Origin: Eggerthellaceae bacterium
Lineage (GTDB): Bacteria; Actinomycetota; Coriobacteriia; Coriobacteriales; Eggerthellaceae
Assembly: GCA_022644775.1 (NCBI GenBank)
Contig: JALCHN010000005.1
Span: 5,920-69,919 of the forward strand
Direction of reading: 5' to 3'
DNA length: 64,000 bases
The position numbers were made by a program, and so were the translations under genes. The notes under the pieces are model-generated. The model was not told where the DNA came from. It worked only from the letters and a program-made list of their open reading frames with translations, and ran no database searches. Positions 7,415 to 16,437 of the stretch are shown one piece after another (positions within the stretch are counted from its first letter, which is position 1; the number at the start of each line of letters is the position of its first letter).

Positions 7415-10021
7415 TTAGTCCTCCTCGACGAAATACGTCATCGACATCTTCTTGAACTCGTCGGTCGTAGAAAGCGCCTCGTGGCCGCGCACGGTCACGT
7501 CGGCATCCGCCAGGCGCTCTTCGAGCTCGCGCACGTGCGCAGCGAGCTCTTCGGCCGACTGGGCATGGCACATAGCGTACAGGTTGGCCTGCCAATGCTC
7601 GTTGCGCGGCCGGCTGTAGGCGTGAGAAACGAAGTCGGCGGCCTTGAACACGGCGCCGGCGGCATCGGCCTCGTCGTCGGGCACGTCCCACACCGTCATC
7701 GAATTATAGGCGTAGCCGATTTTGTGGTGGCGCACCATCGCGCCCACGCGGCGGGCCGATTTGGCTGCTTTCATCTGGCGCAGGCGCTCCATGACCATCT
7801 CTTCGGTCACGTCCTCGCGACCCAGTTCGGCGTTGATGGCCTGGGCCCCATAGGCGAAGGGGCGCTCGAGCAGCGCTGCGGCGGCGCGCTCCTGGGCGGC
7901 TTCGGCATCGGGAACGGCGCTCGCGCCGAAGCGGCCGGCCGTCTCCCCTTCCGCGGCGTCGGCGGCGGCGGTGGCCTCCTGGGCAGCGGCGATCGATTCG
8001 GGGCTGCGGCAGATGTCGCCCTGGGCCCAGCGCACCAACGCCACGTCGAAGGGGTCGGAGGCGTCGAAGGGCACGGGCTCGGCCGTCGGCTCGGCGGACA
8101 CGGTCTTCGCCGTGGAAGGCCGGTTGGCGGTCTTCAGCGACTCGCTTTCGGCGATCGCAGCGGCCACGGCGCGCGGGGCCTGCGCCACGCGGGCGCCCTT
8201 CTTCTTGCCCTGACGGCCGAAATCGACGCGTATCTTGTACATCTTGGTCGCCGGCAGGTCGAGAATCTCGTCGACGCCCGACCGTTCGCGAATCTGTTGC
8301 TTGATGCGCTCCTTCTCTTCGGGCGAGCGCGTGATGAGCGTGAACCAGAGGTTGTAGCGGTTGTCGCGCCCGTAGTTGTGGGTGATCTGCGGGAAGGACC
8401 CTACGATTCCGGCAACGCGCTCCAGTTCGGCCCGGCCGCCGGGCACCGCCATCGCGCAGAGGGTGCTCGTGTAGCCCAGCTTGCGGCTGTCGAAGGAAGC
8501 GCCCACGCGATGAACCATGTCGCGGCGGTAGAGGGTCGCGAGCGCGGAGCGCACCTGGTCGCGCGTAAGGCCCAGCTGGTCGGCGAGCGCCCCATAGGGG
8601 TCGGCCACGATCGGGAAGCCAGACTGGATCGTGTCGAGCACCAGATCACGGGCGTATTTGGGCGGCACGTAGGCGCAGTAGGGCTCGGTTTCCAGGTAGT
8701 CTCCGTAGACCGAAAGGGCGCGGGCGCGGCAACCGCCGCAGACGCCCTTGTACTCGCAGGCTCCGCACTTGCCCTTCAGGCGATCGTAGTGGCGCAAGTC
8801 GTCGAAGACCGGCGAGTTCGTCCAGATGTCGCTGAACTTCTGCTCCTTCACGTTGCCCAGCTGCATGTCGAAGTAGCCGCAGGGCTGCACGTCGCCGGTA
8901 TGCGAGATGAACACGAAGCTGATGCCGCCCAGGCAGCCGCGGCTCACCGCCATGCGGCCGTGGGTCGCCGGCGTGATGCGGATGCCCTCGCTTGCCGCTT
9001 GTTGGCGCATGATGCGGAAGTACTGCGGGGCGTCGGTGGGCTTGAAGGCCATGCAGGAGGTCTTCTGGCGATGGTAGGCCCAGGTAAGGACCTCGTCGTA
9101 CTCTTCGGGCGTGAGCTCGACGTCGATGAGGTCCTCGCCGCGGCCCGTGGGCACCAGCAGGAAGGGATGGAAGTCGGTGGCGCCGAGCTCCTTGCTCACG
9201 TTGTGGATCTCGTCGAGCTTGGTGGCGTTGGCCTTGGTGACCGTGGTGTTCACCTGCACGTGCACGCCGTACTTTTCCAGATTCTTGATGCCCTGCACCG
9301 TTTCATCGAAGGCGCCCTTTTGGCCGCGGAAGGCGTCCTGGCCTTCGGCGTCGGGGAAGTCGAGCGACACCGACACCTTGGGCACGCCGGCGTCGGCGAT
9401 CTTCTTGGCCATGGCGTCGTCGATCATCGTGCCGTTGGTGCCGATGACCGGGTGCAGGCCCTTTTCGAAGGCGTAGGCGATGATGTCCCAGATGTCGGGG
9501 CGCATGAGGGGCTCGCCGCCGGTGACGATGAGGATGGGGTCGCTGATCGAGGCGATGTCATCGATCACGGCCTTGCATTCCGCAAGCGACAGCTCGCCCG
9601 GGTAGGGCTCGAGATGGGCGGCGGCGCGACAGTGGGCGCAGGCCAGGTTGCAGCTGCGCGTGATCTCCCAGGCCACGATCGTGGGCGGCTTGATGCCCGT
9701 GCGCTCTTCGTAGGCCTTGGCCTGCGGGCTCGTGCCGGGACGGTAGCTCGATCCGCCCTTGGTGCCCGGCGCGGCGCCGGGGGCGGCACCGGGATGGTGG
9801 CCGCCCGTGATGGCGCCGGGATGGCCGGGGTGACCGCCGGCAGGCGCGCCGGTCGGATGGCCCGGATGCCCCGTGGGGCGGCCGGGGTGGGCGGCGGGCG
9901 CCGCGCCCGGGTGACCGCCCATGCCCGCCGGCATAACGGCCTGGGGTACCGTGCAGCCGGCGCGCTCGGCTTCGAGGCGCGCCTCTTCGGACATCTTGTC
10001 CAGTTCGTCGATGAGGGCCAT
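7415..10021 (-). CDS. fusion protein: radical SAM/SPASM haem synthase (AhbD-like) plus two siroheme decarboxylase (AhbA/AhbB, NirDL-like) modules, with a His/Pro/Gly-rich N-terminal tract
   Basis: 868 aa. Has the CxxxCxxC radical SAM motif (ITRSCNLACAHCR) and a SPASM-type Cys cluster (GKCGACEYKGVCGGCRARA). Two AsnC/Lrp-like modules follow (QITHNYGRDNRYNLWF; VSHAYSRPRNEHWQANLYAM). Residues about 33-85 contain repeated GHPG motifs. Confidence 0.8.
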   Translation of the reverse strand: MALIDELDKMSEEARLEAERAGCTVPQAVMPAGMGGHPGAAPAAHPGRPTGHPGHPTGAPAGGHPGHPGAITGGHHPGAAPGAAPGTKGGSSYRPGTSPQAKAYEERTGIKPPTIVAWEITRSCNLACAHCRAAAHLEPYPGELSLAECKAVIDDIASISDPILIVTGGEPLMRPDIWDIIAYAFEKGLHPVIGTNGTMIDDAMAKKIADAGVPKVSVSLDFPDAEGQDAFRGQKGAFDETVQGIKNLEKYGVHVQVNTTVTKANATKLDEIHNVSKELGATDFHPFLLVPTGRGEDLIDVELTPEEYDEVLTWAYHRQKTSCMAFKPTDAPQYFRIMRQQAASEGIRITPATHGRMAVSRGCLGGISFVFISHTGDVQPCGYFDMQLGNVKEQKFSDIWTNSPVFDDLRHYDRLKGKCGACEYKGVCGGCRARALSVYGDYLETEPYCAYVPPKYARDLVLDTIQSGFPIVADPYGALADQLGLTRDQVRSALATLYRRDMVHRVGASFDSRKLGYTSTLCAMAVPGGRAELERVAGIVGSFPQITHNYGRDNRYNLWFTLITRSPEEKERIKQQIRERSGVDEILDLPATKMYKIRVDFGRQGKKKGARVAQAPRAVAAAIAESESLKTANRPSTAKTVSAEPTAEPVPFDASDPFDVALVRWAQGDICRSPESIAAAQEATAAADAAEGETAGRFGASAVPDAEAAQERAAAALLERPFAYGAQAINAELGREDVTEEMVMERLRQMKAAKSARRVGAMVRHHKIGYAYNSMTVWDVPDDEADAAGAVFKAADFVSHAYSRPRNEHWQANLYAMCHAQSAEELAAHVRELEERLADADVTVRGHEALSTTDEFKKMSMTYFVEED

Positions 10022-10092
10022 GTACGCTCCTTATCCTATAGAAACGCCTCTGCGCCGACGCGGGCGCAGAGGCGCGATGAACACAACTCTGC

Positions 10093-11103
10093 TTAGCCCT
10101 GGGCCAGCCAGCGCGCGGCTTCCTTGGCGTGGTAGGTGATGATCATGTCGGCGCCGGCGCGCTTGATGCTCGTCAAGAGCTCGAGCACGACGCGCTTCTC
10201 GTCGATCCAGCCGTTGGCCGCAGCCGCCTTCACCATCGAGTACTCGCCCGACACGTTGTAGGCCACCGTGGGAAACTTGGTTTCGCTCTTCACGCGCTGC
10301 AGGACGTCGAGGTAGGGCAAGGCCGGCTTGACCATCACGACGTCGGCCCCTTCGGCGATGTCGTAGAAGGCCTCGCGCACGCCCTCTTCGACGTTGGCCG
10401 GGTCCATCTGATAGGCGCGGCGGTCGCCGAAGGCCGGCGTGGAATCGGCCGCGTCGCGGAAGGGACCGTAGAAGCCGCTCGCATACTTGGTCGAATAGCT
10501 CATGATCGGCACGTTCTGGTAGCCCGCGTCGTCGAGCGCGCGGCGCATGAACTGGATGCGGCCGTCCATCATGTCCGACGGCGCCACCATATGGGCGCCG
10601 GCGGCCGCCTGGCTCACCGCTTCGTTGGCGAGTAGCTTCAGGGTCTCGTCGTTCATGACGTAGCCGTTCTCGTCGAGCTTGCCGCAGTGGCCGTGGCTCG
10701 TGTACTCGCACATGCACACGTCGGTGATGATGTACATCTCGAGCGCGTTCTTGCGGATGATCCGGCAGGCTTCCTGCACGACGCCGTGCTCATCCCAGGC
10801 GCTCGAGCCGATTTCGTCCTTTTCAGCCGGGATGCCGAAGAGCAGGACGTAGTGCACGCCGCAGGCGAGCAGGTCGTCGATCTCGTCCATAAGCAGGTCG
10901 AGCGAAACCTGGAAGACGCCCGGCATGCTGGGAATCTCGTCGCGCTTGCCCTCGCCCGGCTTCACGAACAGGGGGTAGATGAAATCGTCGGCCGAAATCG
11001 TCGTCTCGCGGATGAAGTTGCGCGCGAGCCCGCCGTTGCGCATGCGGCGGGGACGATAGGCGGGGAACTTGCCGTATTCCATGATGAAGGTCACTTCTTC
11101 CAA
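10093..11103 (-). CDS. hemB: porphobilinogen synthase (delta-aminolevulinate dehydratase)
   Basis: 336 aa with typical HemB sequence (RPRRMR, CMCEYTSHGHCG zinc-type site, MVKPALPYLD). The start could be the internal ATG at 11082. Confidence 0.93.
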   Translation of the reverse strand: MEEVTFIMEYGKFPAYRPRRMRNGGLARNFIRETTISADDFIYPLFVKPGEGKRDEIPSMPGVFQVSLDLLMDEIDDLLACGVHYVLLFGIPAEKDEIGSSAWDEHGVVQEACRIIRKNALEMYIITDVCMCEYTSHGHCGKLDENGYVMNDETLKLLANEAVSQAAAGAHMVAPSDMMDGRIQFMRRALDDAGYQNVPIMSYSTKYASGFYGPFRDAADSTPAFGDRRAYQMDPANVEEGVREAFYDIAEGADVVMVKPALPYLDVLQRVKSETKFPTVAYNVSGEYSMVKAAAANGWIDEKRVVLELLTSIKRAGADMIITYHAKEAARWLAQG

Positions 11104-11157
11104 ACGGAGCCGGGCGCAGGCTGCGTCCGGCGTTGCAAATACTTAGCGCACGGGCCC

Positions 11158-12441
11158 TTAGAGGGTCGACTGGGTGGCGGCGGACTGGCCGGCGGCCACG
11201 TCTTCGGGCAGGGCCTCTTCGACGATGCGCGTTTCGGGATCGTCGGGATGCTTGGCGATCTCCTCGTCGGTGAGGTAGCAGGCCGGGTCGGGGGCCCACA
11301 GGTCGCCCGTAGCGGCTTCGGCGCGCACGCGGAAGTTTCCGCCGCACACGTCGAGCCAACGGCAGTCGTGGCAACGGCCCTTTACCCAGGGGCGCTTGTC
11401 CTTCAGCTTGTACATGAGCTCGCTCTGCGGGGTCGTGCGGCTCGTGTCCGACCAGATCTCGCTGAAGGGACGGTCCTTCACGTTGCCGAAGCTGTAGTGG
11501 CGCCAGAACTGATCGGCGTAGACCTCGCCGTCCCAGCTCACGCAGGCAATGCCGTTGCCCGAAGAGTTGCCCTGGTTCCACTGCAGAAGCTGCATGACCT
11601 TTTCGGCGCGCTCGGGGTCTTCCTTCAAGAGTTCCATGTAGACGAAGGGGGCGTCGGCGTGGTTGTCGACGGTGAGGATCTCCGGCGTGCCGCCCTCGTC
11701 GAACCACTGCTTGGTACGGTCCATGATCAGGCGCACGGCCTGGCGGGTTTCCTCATGGGAAAGGTCCTCGTCGATCATTTCCGACCCGCGGCCCGAATAG
11801 ACCAGGTGGTAGAAGCAGGCGCGGTTGATGCCCTCGCGCTGCATGAGGTCGAAAATGTCGTTGATCTCGCGCCAGTTGTGCTTGTTGATCGTGAAGCGCA
11901 GGCCCACCTTGATGCCGGCGTCCTGGGCGTTGTGCAGGCCCTCGATCGCGCGGTCGAAGCTGCCTTTCACGCCGCGGAAGCGGTCATGGGTTTCGGGGTC
12001 GCCGTCGAAGGAGACGCCCACGTAGGACAGGCCCACCTCGGCGAAGGCAGCAGCCAGCTCCTTGGTGATGAGCGTGCCGTTGGTCGAGATGACCACGCGC
12101 ATGCCGGAATCCTTGGCGTAGCGGATGAGCTCGAGCAGGTCGGGGCGCATCGTGGGCTCGCCGCCGCTGAAGAGCAGGACGGGCGCGCCGAAGGCGGCCA
12201 GGTCGTCGATCATGGCCTTGGCCTCTTCGGTGGAAAGCTGCGGGTAGAGCTTGCCGTCGGACTGGGCGTAGCAATGCTCGCACTTCAGGTTGCAGGTGCG
12301 GGTGCAGTTCCACACCACGACGGGCTTCTTGTCTTTGGAAAACTGCAGAAGCCCGCTGGGGAGCTCCTTGCTGCGGCGCTTGTAGCGCAGCACGTCAGAG
12401 GGTTCCACCGCACCGCAGTAGAGTTTAGAGATGCCGATCAT
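11158..12441 (-). CDS. radical SAM/SPASM enzyme, NirJ/AhbC-like (probable Fe-coproporphyrin III synthase)
   Basis: 427 aa. Has the motif WNCTRTCNLKCEHCY and a C-terminal Cys cluster (GRCHDCRWLDVCGG). It sits inside the haem operon. Calling it AhbC rather than AhbD is inferred from motif resemblance only. Confidence 0.75.
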   Translation of the reverse strand: MIGISKLYCGAVEPSDVLRYKRRSKELPSGLLQFSKDKKPVVVWNCTRTCNLKCEHCYAQSDGKLYPQLSTEEAKAMIDDLAAFGAPVLLFSGGEPTMRPDLLELIRYAKDSGMRVVISTNGTLITKELAAAFAEVGLSYVGVSFDGDPETHDRFRGVKGSFDRAIEGLHNAQDAGIKVGLRFTINKHNWREINDIFDLMQREGINRACFYHLVYSGRGSEMIDEDLSHEETRQAVRLIMDRTKQWFDEGGTPEILTVDNHADAPFVYMELLKEDPERAEKVMQLLQWNQGNSSGNGIACVSWDGEVYADQFWRHYSFGNVKDRPFSEIWSDTSRTTPQSELMYKLKDKRPWVKGRCHDCRWLDVCGGNFRVRAEAATGDLWAPDPACYLTDEEIAKHPDDPETRIVEEALPEDVAAGQSAATQSTL

Positions 12442-12453
12442 GTAGGTTCCTTC

Positions 12454-14088
12454 CTAATCGAGCGCCGTCTGCAGTGCGCTCACGAGTCCGGGGATGGTGT
12501 AGCGGTCCGCCTCGACGGAGACGGGAATGCCGAGCGAGCGCATGGTGTCGCTCGTCACGGGGCCGATGCTCGCGCAGGTCACGCCTTCGAGCAGGCCGGG
12601 GATCCGGTCGGCCTCGACGGCGGTCGCCAGGAGCTGGCAGAAGTTGCGCGCCGTGCTCGAGCTCGTGAAGGTGACCGCGTCGATCGCGCCGTCGCGCAGA
12701 TCGGCCGCCAGCCGGCGGGTCGCCTCGTCGGCTTCGGGGCGCACGGTGTCGTAGGCGGGCATCACGTGCACGTCGGCGCCGGCCGCGGCGAGGGCGTCGG
12801 GCAGGGTGTCGCGGGCGACCGAAGCGCGCGGGATGAGCACGCTCGTGCCGCGCGTGACGCCGGCCGCGAGCAGGGCGTCGGCCACCGATTCGGCCACGAA
12901 ACGATCGGGCACGACGTCGGCCGCGATTCCGTGCGCGGCAAGCGCTGCAGCCGTGGCCGGGCCGATCGCAGCGACCTTCACGTCGCCGAAGATGCGGGCG
13001 TCGTGGCCGGTTTCGGCCAGCAGGTCGAAGAAGCAGGCCACGCCGTTGGCGCTCGTGAAGACGACCCAGTCGTAGACCTCGCGGGCCCCGGTGGCATCGC
13101 TGGCAAGCCGGGCGATGTCGGCGCGCATGTGAGCGTCGAGCGGGCGGGGCGCCACCTCGATCGTGGGGAATTCCACGATGTCGGCGCCGAGGGCCGCCAG
13201 CATGCCCGAAAGGCGGCTCGCCTGGGCGCGACTGCGCGTGACGACGACGCGCTTGCCGAAAAGCGGCCGGGCGTCGAACCAGCGCAGGTCTTGGCGCAGG
13301 TTCACCACCTCGCCCACCACGATGATCGCCGGCGCCTGGAAATGGGCGCGGTCGGCGTCCTGCACCACGGTGTCGAGCGTGCTCACCAGGGTCTCCTGGG
13401 CGGGCGTGGTGCCCCAGCGCACCAGGGCGACCGGCGTCGATTTGGGCCGGCCGTTCTCGATGAGGCGGCGGGCAATCGTGGGCAGGTCGCGGATGCCCAT
13501 GTAGAAGCACAGGGTCCCCGTGCCAGCGGCCAGGCCCTTCCAGTCGATGACCGGCTCGTCCTTGTGCGGCGTCTCGTGCCCGGTCACCAGGGTGACCTGG
13601 CTTGCCATCGTGCGGTGGGTGACGGGGATGCCCGCGTAGGCCGGTGCCGCCACGCCCGCGGTGACGCCGGGCACCACTTCGAAGGCGATGCCTGCCTCGA
13701 CGAGCGCGAGCGCCTCTTCCCCGCCGCGGCCGAAGACGAAGGGATCGCCGCCCTTCAGGCGCACGATGCGCCGCGGGCCGCCCGTGCGGGCGAGCTCGAC
13801 GAGCAGGTCGTTGATTTCGGGCTGGGTCACGTGATGGGAAAAGCCCTTCTTGCCTACGAAGTGCCTTTCGGCCGCCGGGTTGGCGAAGCGGACGACGGCG
13901 TCGTTGGCAAGATAGTCGTAGACCACGACGTCGGCGTCTTCGAGCAGGGCCTTGGCGCGCAGGGTGAGCAGACCCGGGTCGCCGGGGCCGGCGCCCACCA
14001 GGTAGACCACCGCGTGCGGGTCCTGGGCGGCCTCGCCCAAACGGGCAGCCGTGTATTCGTTGTGCGGGGCGTTGGATGCGTCGCTCAT
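12454..14088 (-). CDS. cobA-hemD: bifunctional uroporphyrinogen-III C-methyltransferase / uroporphyrinogen-III synthase
   Basis: The track ORF 12454..15120 is in frame, but its first 344 aa are an Arg/Pro-rich overlap with hemC. The real start is the ATG at 14088 (MSDASNAPHNEY). The SUMT motif VYLVGAGPGDPGLLTLRA is followed by a HemD domain. An ATGA overlaps the hemC stop. Confidence 0.9.
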   Translation of the reverse strand: MSDASNAPHNEYTAARLGEAAQDPHAVVYLVGAGPGDPGLLTLRAKALLEDADVVVYDYLANDAVVRFANPAAERHFVGKKGFSHHVTQPEINDLLVELARTGGPRRIVRLKGGDPFVFGRGGEEALALVEAGIAFEVVPGVTAGVAAPAYAGIPVTHRTMASQVTLVTGHETPHKDEPVIDWKGLAAGTGTLCFYMGIRDLPTIARRLIENGRPKSTPVALVRWGTTPAQETLVSTLDTVVQDADRAHFQAPAIIVVGEVVNLRQDLRWFDARPLFGKRVVVTRSRAQASRLSGMLAALGADIVEFPTIEVAPRPLDAHMRADIARLASDATGAREVYDWVVFTSANGVACFFDLLAETGHDARIFGDVKVAAIGPATAAALAAHGIAADVVPDRFVAESVADALLAAGVTRGTSVLIPRASVARDTLPDALAAAGADVHVMPAYDTVRPEADEATRRLAADLRDGAIDAVTFTSSSTARNFCQLLATAVEADRIPGLLEGVTCASIGPVTSDTMRSLGIPVSVEADRYTIPGLVSALQTALD

Positions 14089-15023
14089 CGCAGTTCCTCC
14101 AGAATCTCTTCGGCGCCCTGGTCGCGCAGGTCGCAGACCACGGAACGGGCGAGCTCGGTCGAGGCCGCGGGGTCGCCTTCGGCCGAAGCGCGCAGGAAGC
14201 GCCTGCCATCGAGCGAGCTCACGAAGGCGTCGATGCCGAAGACCGTGGCGCCGTCGCGGTCGAATTCGGCGGCGTAGATGCCCATGGGCACCTGGCAGCC
14301 GCCTTCGAGCGCGCCCAACACGACGCGTTCGGCCGCCACGCAGCGCAGGGTCGACTCGTCGGAAATCGCGGCGCAGAGGGCGTTGGCCACTTCGTCGTCG
14401 GCGCGGGTCTCGATCGCGATGGCGCCCTGCCCCGCCGCCGGAATCATGACGTCGGTGGGCAGGTAGCTGGCGATGCGGTCCTGCATCCCCAGGCGCGTGA
14501 GGCCCGACGAGGCCAAGATCGCCGCGTCGAACTCGCCGTCCATCACGCGGCGGGTGCGCGTGTCGATGTTGCCGCGCATCTCGCAGGTCTCGATGTCGGG
14601 GCGCAGGCGCTTTAACTGGGCCATGCGGCGCAGGCTTCCGGTGGCCACGCGGGCGCCCTGCGGCAGCGTGTCGAGCGTGAGGCCGGGCGTGGCCGACACG
14701 AGGGCGTCGCGCGGGTCGGCGCGCAGGGGCATGCCGGAAAGCACCAGGCCGTCGGGCAGCTCGGTGGGCATGTCTTTGGTGGAATGCACGCACAGGTCGA
14801 CGCGGCCGTCGAGCAGCTCGACTTCGAGCTCCTTGGTGAACAGGCCCTTTCCACCGATCTTCGACAGGGCGACGTCGCGAATCTTGTCGCCTTTCGTGTG
14901 CACCACTTCGATGCGGTAGTCGTACTGGGGCGCGTAGGCCTCCAGCAGCCCCCGCACGAATTCGGTCTGCCACAGGGCCAGCTGACTGCCCCGCGACCCC
15001 AACACGATCGTGTTGTTCTCCAC
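14085..15023 (-). CDS. hemC: hydroxymethylbilane synthase (porphobilinogen deaminase)
   Basis: The track ORF 14085..15167 is trimmed to the GTG at 15023 (VENNTIVLGSRGSQLALWQTE). AGGAGGAGG lies 5-6 nt upstream, and the start sits just after the hemA stop. Confidence 0.9.
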   Translation of the reverse strand: MENNTIVLGSRGSQLALWQTEFVRGLLEAYAPQYDYRIEVVHTKGDKIRDVALSKIGGKGLFTKELEVELLDGRVDLCVHSTKDMPTELPDGLVLSGMPLRADPRDALVSATPGLTLDTLPQGARVATGSLRRMAQLKRLRPDIETCEMRGNIDTRTRRVMDGEFDAAILASSGLTRLGMQDRIASYLPTDVMIPAAGQGAIAIETRADDEVANALCAAISDESTLRCVAAERVVLGALEGGCQVPMGIYAAEFDRDGATVFGIDAFVSSLDGRRFLRASAEGDPAASTELARSVVCDLRDQGAEEILEELR

Positions 15024-15034
15024 GGTTCCTCCTC

Positions 15035-16384
15035 CTACATGGGATGGTTGGCCGACGCATGCGACGGCACGGTGTGCGGCGCGGCGATCTCGCCGGCATC
15101 GAGGGCGTGCGCGTGGGCAACCATGCCGTTGGAATAGCCCCACAGGTAGCGCACCGCCTCGACGCATTCGAAATCGGCGTTGTTGCGCGTGCTCTCCTTC
15201 AGGCGCACGGTGGGCTCGTGAAGGAGCTTCTTCACGATGGCTTCGGTCGCCTTCTGCACGGCCCAGCGGTCCTCTTCGGAAAGGTCGACCGAAAGGGCCT
15301 TCATCAGGCGGTCGAACTCGCGCTGGCGCATGTCTTCGGCGTCGGCGCGCATCCGCTTGATGGTCGGCGTGACGGCGTGCTCCCCCACCCAGTAGAGGAA
15401 CGACCGCGTCTCCTCGTCGACGATGTCGTTGGCGCGGGCGGCGGCCGCCTTGCGCTCTTCTTGGTTGCGCTCGATGATCTCACCGATGTCGTCTAGGTTG
15501 CACACGGTCACGTTGGGCACCGCGCGGCAGGCGTCGTCGACGTCGCGCGGCAGGGCGATGTCCAGGATGAGCAGGTGCTTGGTGGTGTGCGCCAGAAGCT
15601 CGGGCGTGATGATGCAGTGCGGGGCCGCCGTCGCACTGATCACGATGTCGGCCTCGCCGATGAGCTCGGGCAAGTCGGTGAACTGGCGGGCGACGCCGCC
15701 CAGCTCGCGGGCGAGCGTGCAGGCGTGCGCGTAGGTGCGGCTCGACACGAAGAAGGTCTCGACACCCTGCTCTTTGAGGTACTGGGCCGCGAGCTCGCTC
15801 ATCTCGCCGGAGCCCAGCACGAGGACCGTCTTGCCTTTCAGGGTCTCGAATTCGGCGCGGGCCACGTCGACGGCCACGGTGGAAAGGGAGACGTGGTTTT
15901 CGCTCACCGACGTCTCGTTGCGCACGCGCTTGCCGCAGGAGAGCGCCTGGCGGAACATGTGCGCGAGGGCCATCGTGCAGGAGCCGGCTTCCATCGCGCT
16001 GCGGAAGGCCGTGCGCACCTGGCCCAGGATCTGCTGCTCGCCTAAGACCATCGAATCGAGCGAGGAGATCACGCCGAACAGGTGGTGGACGGCCTCAAAG
16101 CCCTGGCGGCGGTAGAGGTGGCCTTCGAATTCGGCGCGGTCGACATGCTTGAAGGCCTCGATAAAGGCCACGATATCGGCGTAGGCCGCAGAGGCGTCGC
16201 TCGAGTCGACGTAAATCTCCATGCGGTTGCAGGTCGACAGGATGACCGCCCCGCGCACGCTGTCGTAGCGGCAGAGCGCATGGAGCGCGTCGCCCAGCAC
16301 GGGGCGGTTGAACGCGACCTTTTCCCGAACATCGACCTCAGCCGTTTTGTAGCTGAGCCCCAACATGCAAATTTGCACCGACAA
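15035..16384 (-). CDS. hemA: glutamyl-tRNA reductase
   Basis: 449 aa. Begins MLGLSYKTAEVDVREKVAF and carries the catalytic-Cys motif LSTCNRMEIY and an NADPH-binding domain. Confidence 0.95.
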   Translation of the reverse strand: MSVQICMLGLSYKTAEVDVREKVAFNRPVLGDALHALCRYDSVRGAVILSTCNRMEIYVDSSDASAAYADIVAFIEAFKHVDRAEFEGHLYRRQGFEAVHHLFGVISSLDSMVLGEQQILGQVRTAFRSAMEAGSCTMALAHMFRQALSCGKRVRNETSVSENHVSLSTVAVDVARAEFETLKGKTVLVLGSGEMSELAAQYLKEQGVETFFVSSRTYAHACTLARELGGVARQFTDLPELIGEADIVISATAAPHCIITPELLAHTTKHLLILDIALPRDVDDACRAVPNVTVCNLDDIGEIIERNQEERKAAAARANDIVDEETRSFLYWVGEHAVTPTIKRMRADAEDMRQREFDRLMKALSVDLSEEDRWAVQKATEAIVKKLLHEPTVRLKESTRNNADFECVEAVRYLWGYSNGMVAHAHALDAGEIAAPHTVPSHASANHPM

Positions 16385-16437
16385 GCCTCCTTGCTCTCGT
16401 CTGCGCTGCGTTCCGCCCGCGCACGGGCGGCTATGCG

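Noticed and set aside
5957-10096. A very long plus-strand ORF (1379 aa). Similar giants occur at 10687..14277 (1196 aa), 42391..45471 (1026 aa), 50701..53967 (1088 aa), 33573..36146, 61419..63938, 2809..5130, 39491..41815 and 30009..32276.
   Set aside because: All lie antisense to well-supported minus-strand genes. Their products are Arg/Gly/Ala/His/Val-rich low-complexity sequence with no motifs. Stop-poor antisense frames are expected in GC-rich DNA.
14089-15120. The N-terminal 344 aa of track ORF 12454..15120 (888 aa), which would make a giant CobA-HemD.
   Set aside because: This part is Arg/Pro-rich nonsense that overlaps hemC out of frame. The true start is the ATG at 14088, which overlaps the hemC stop as ATGA.
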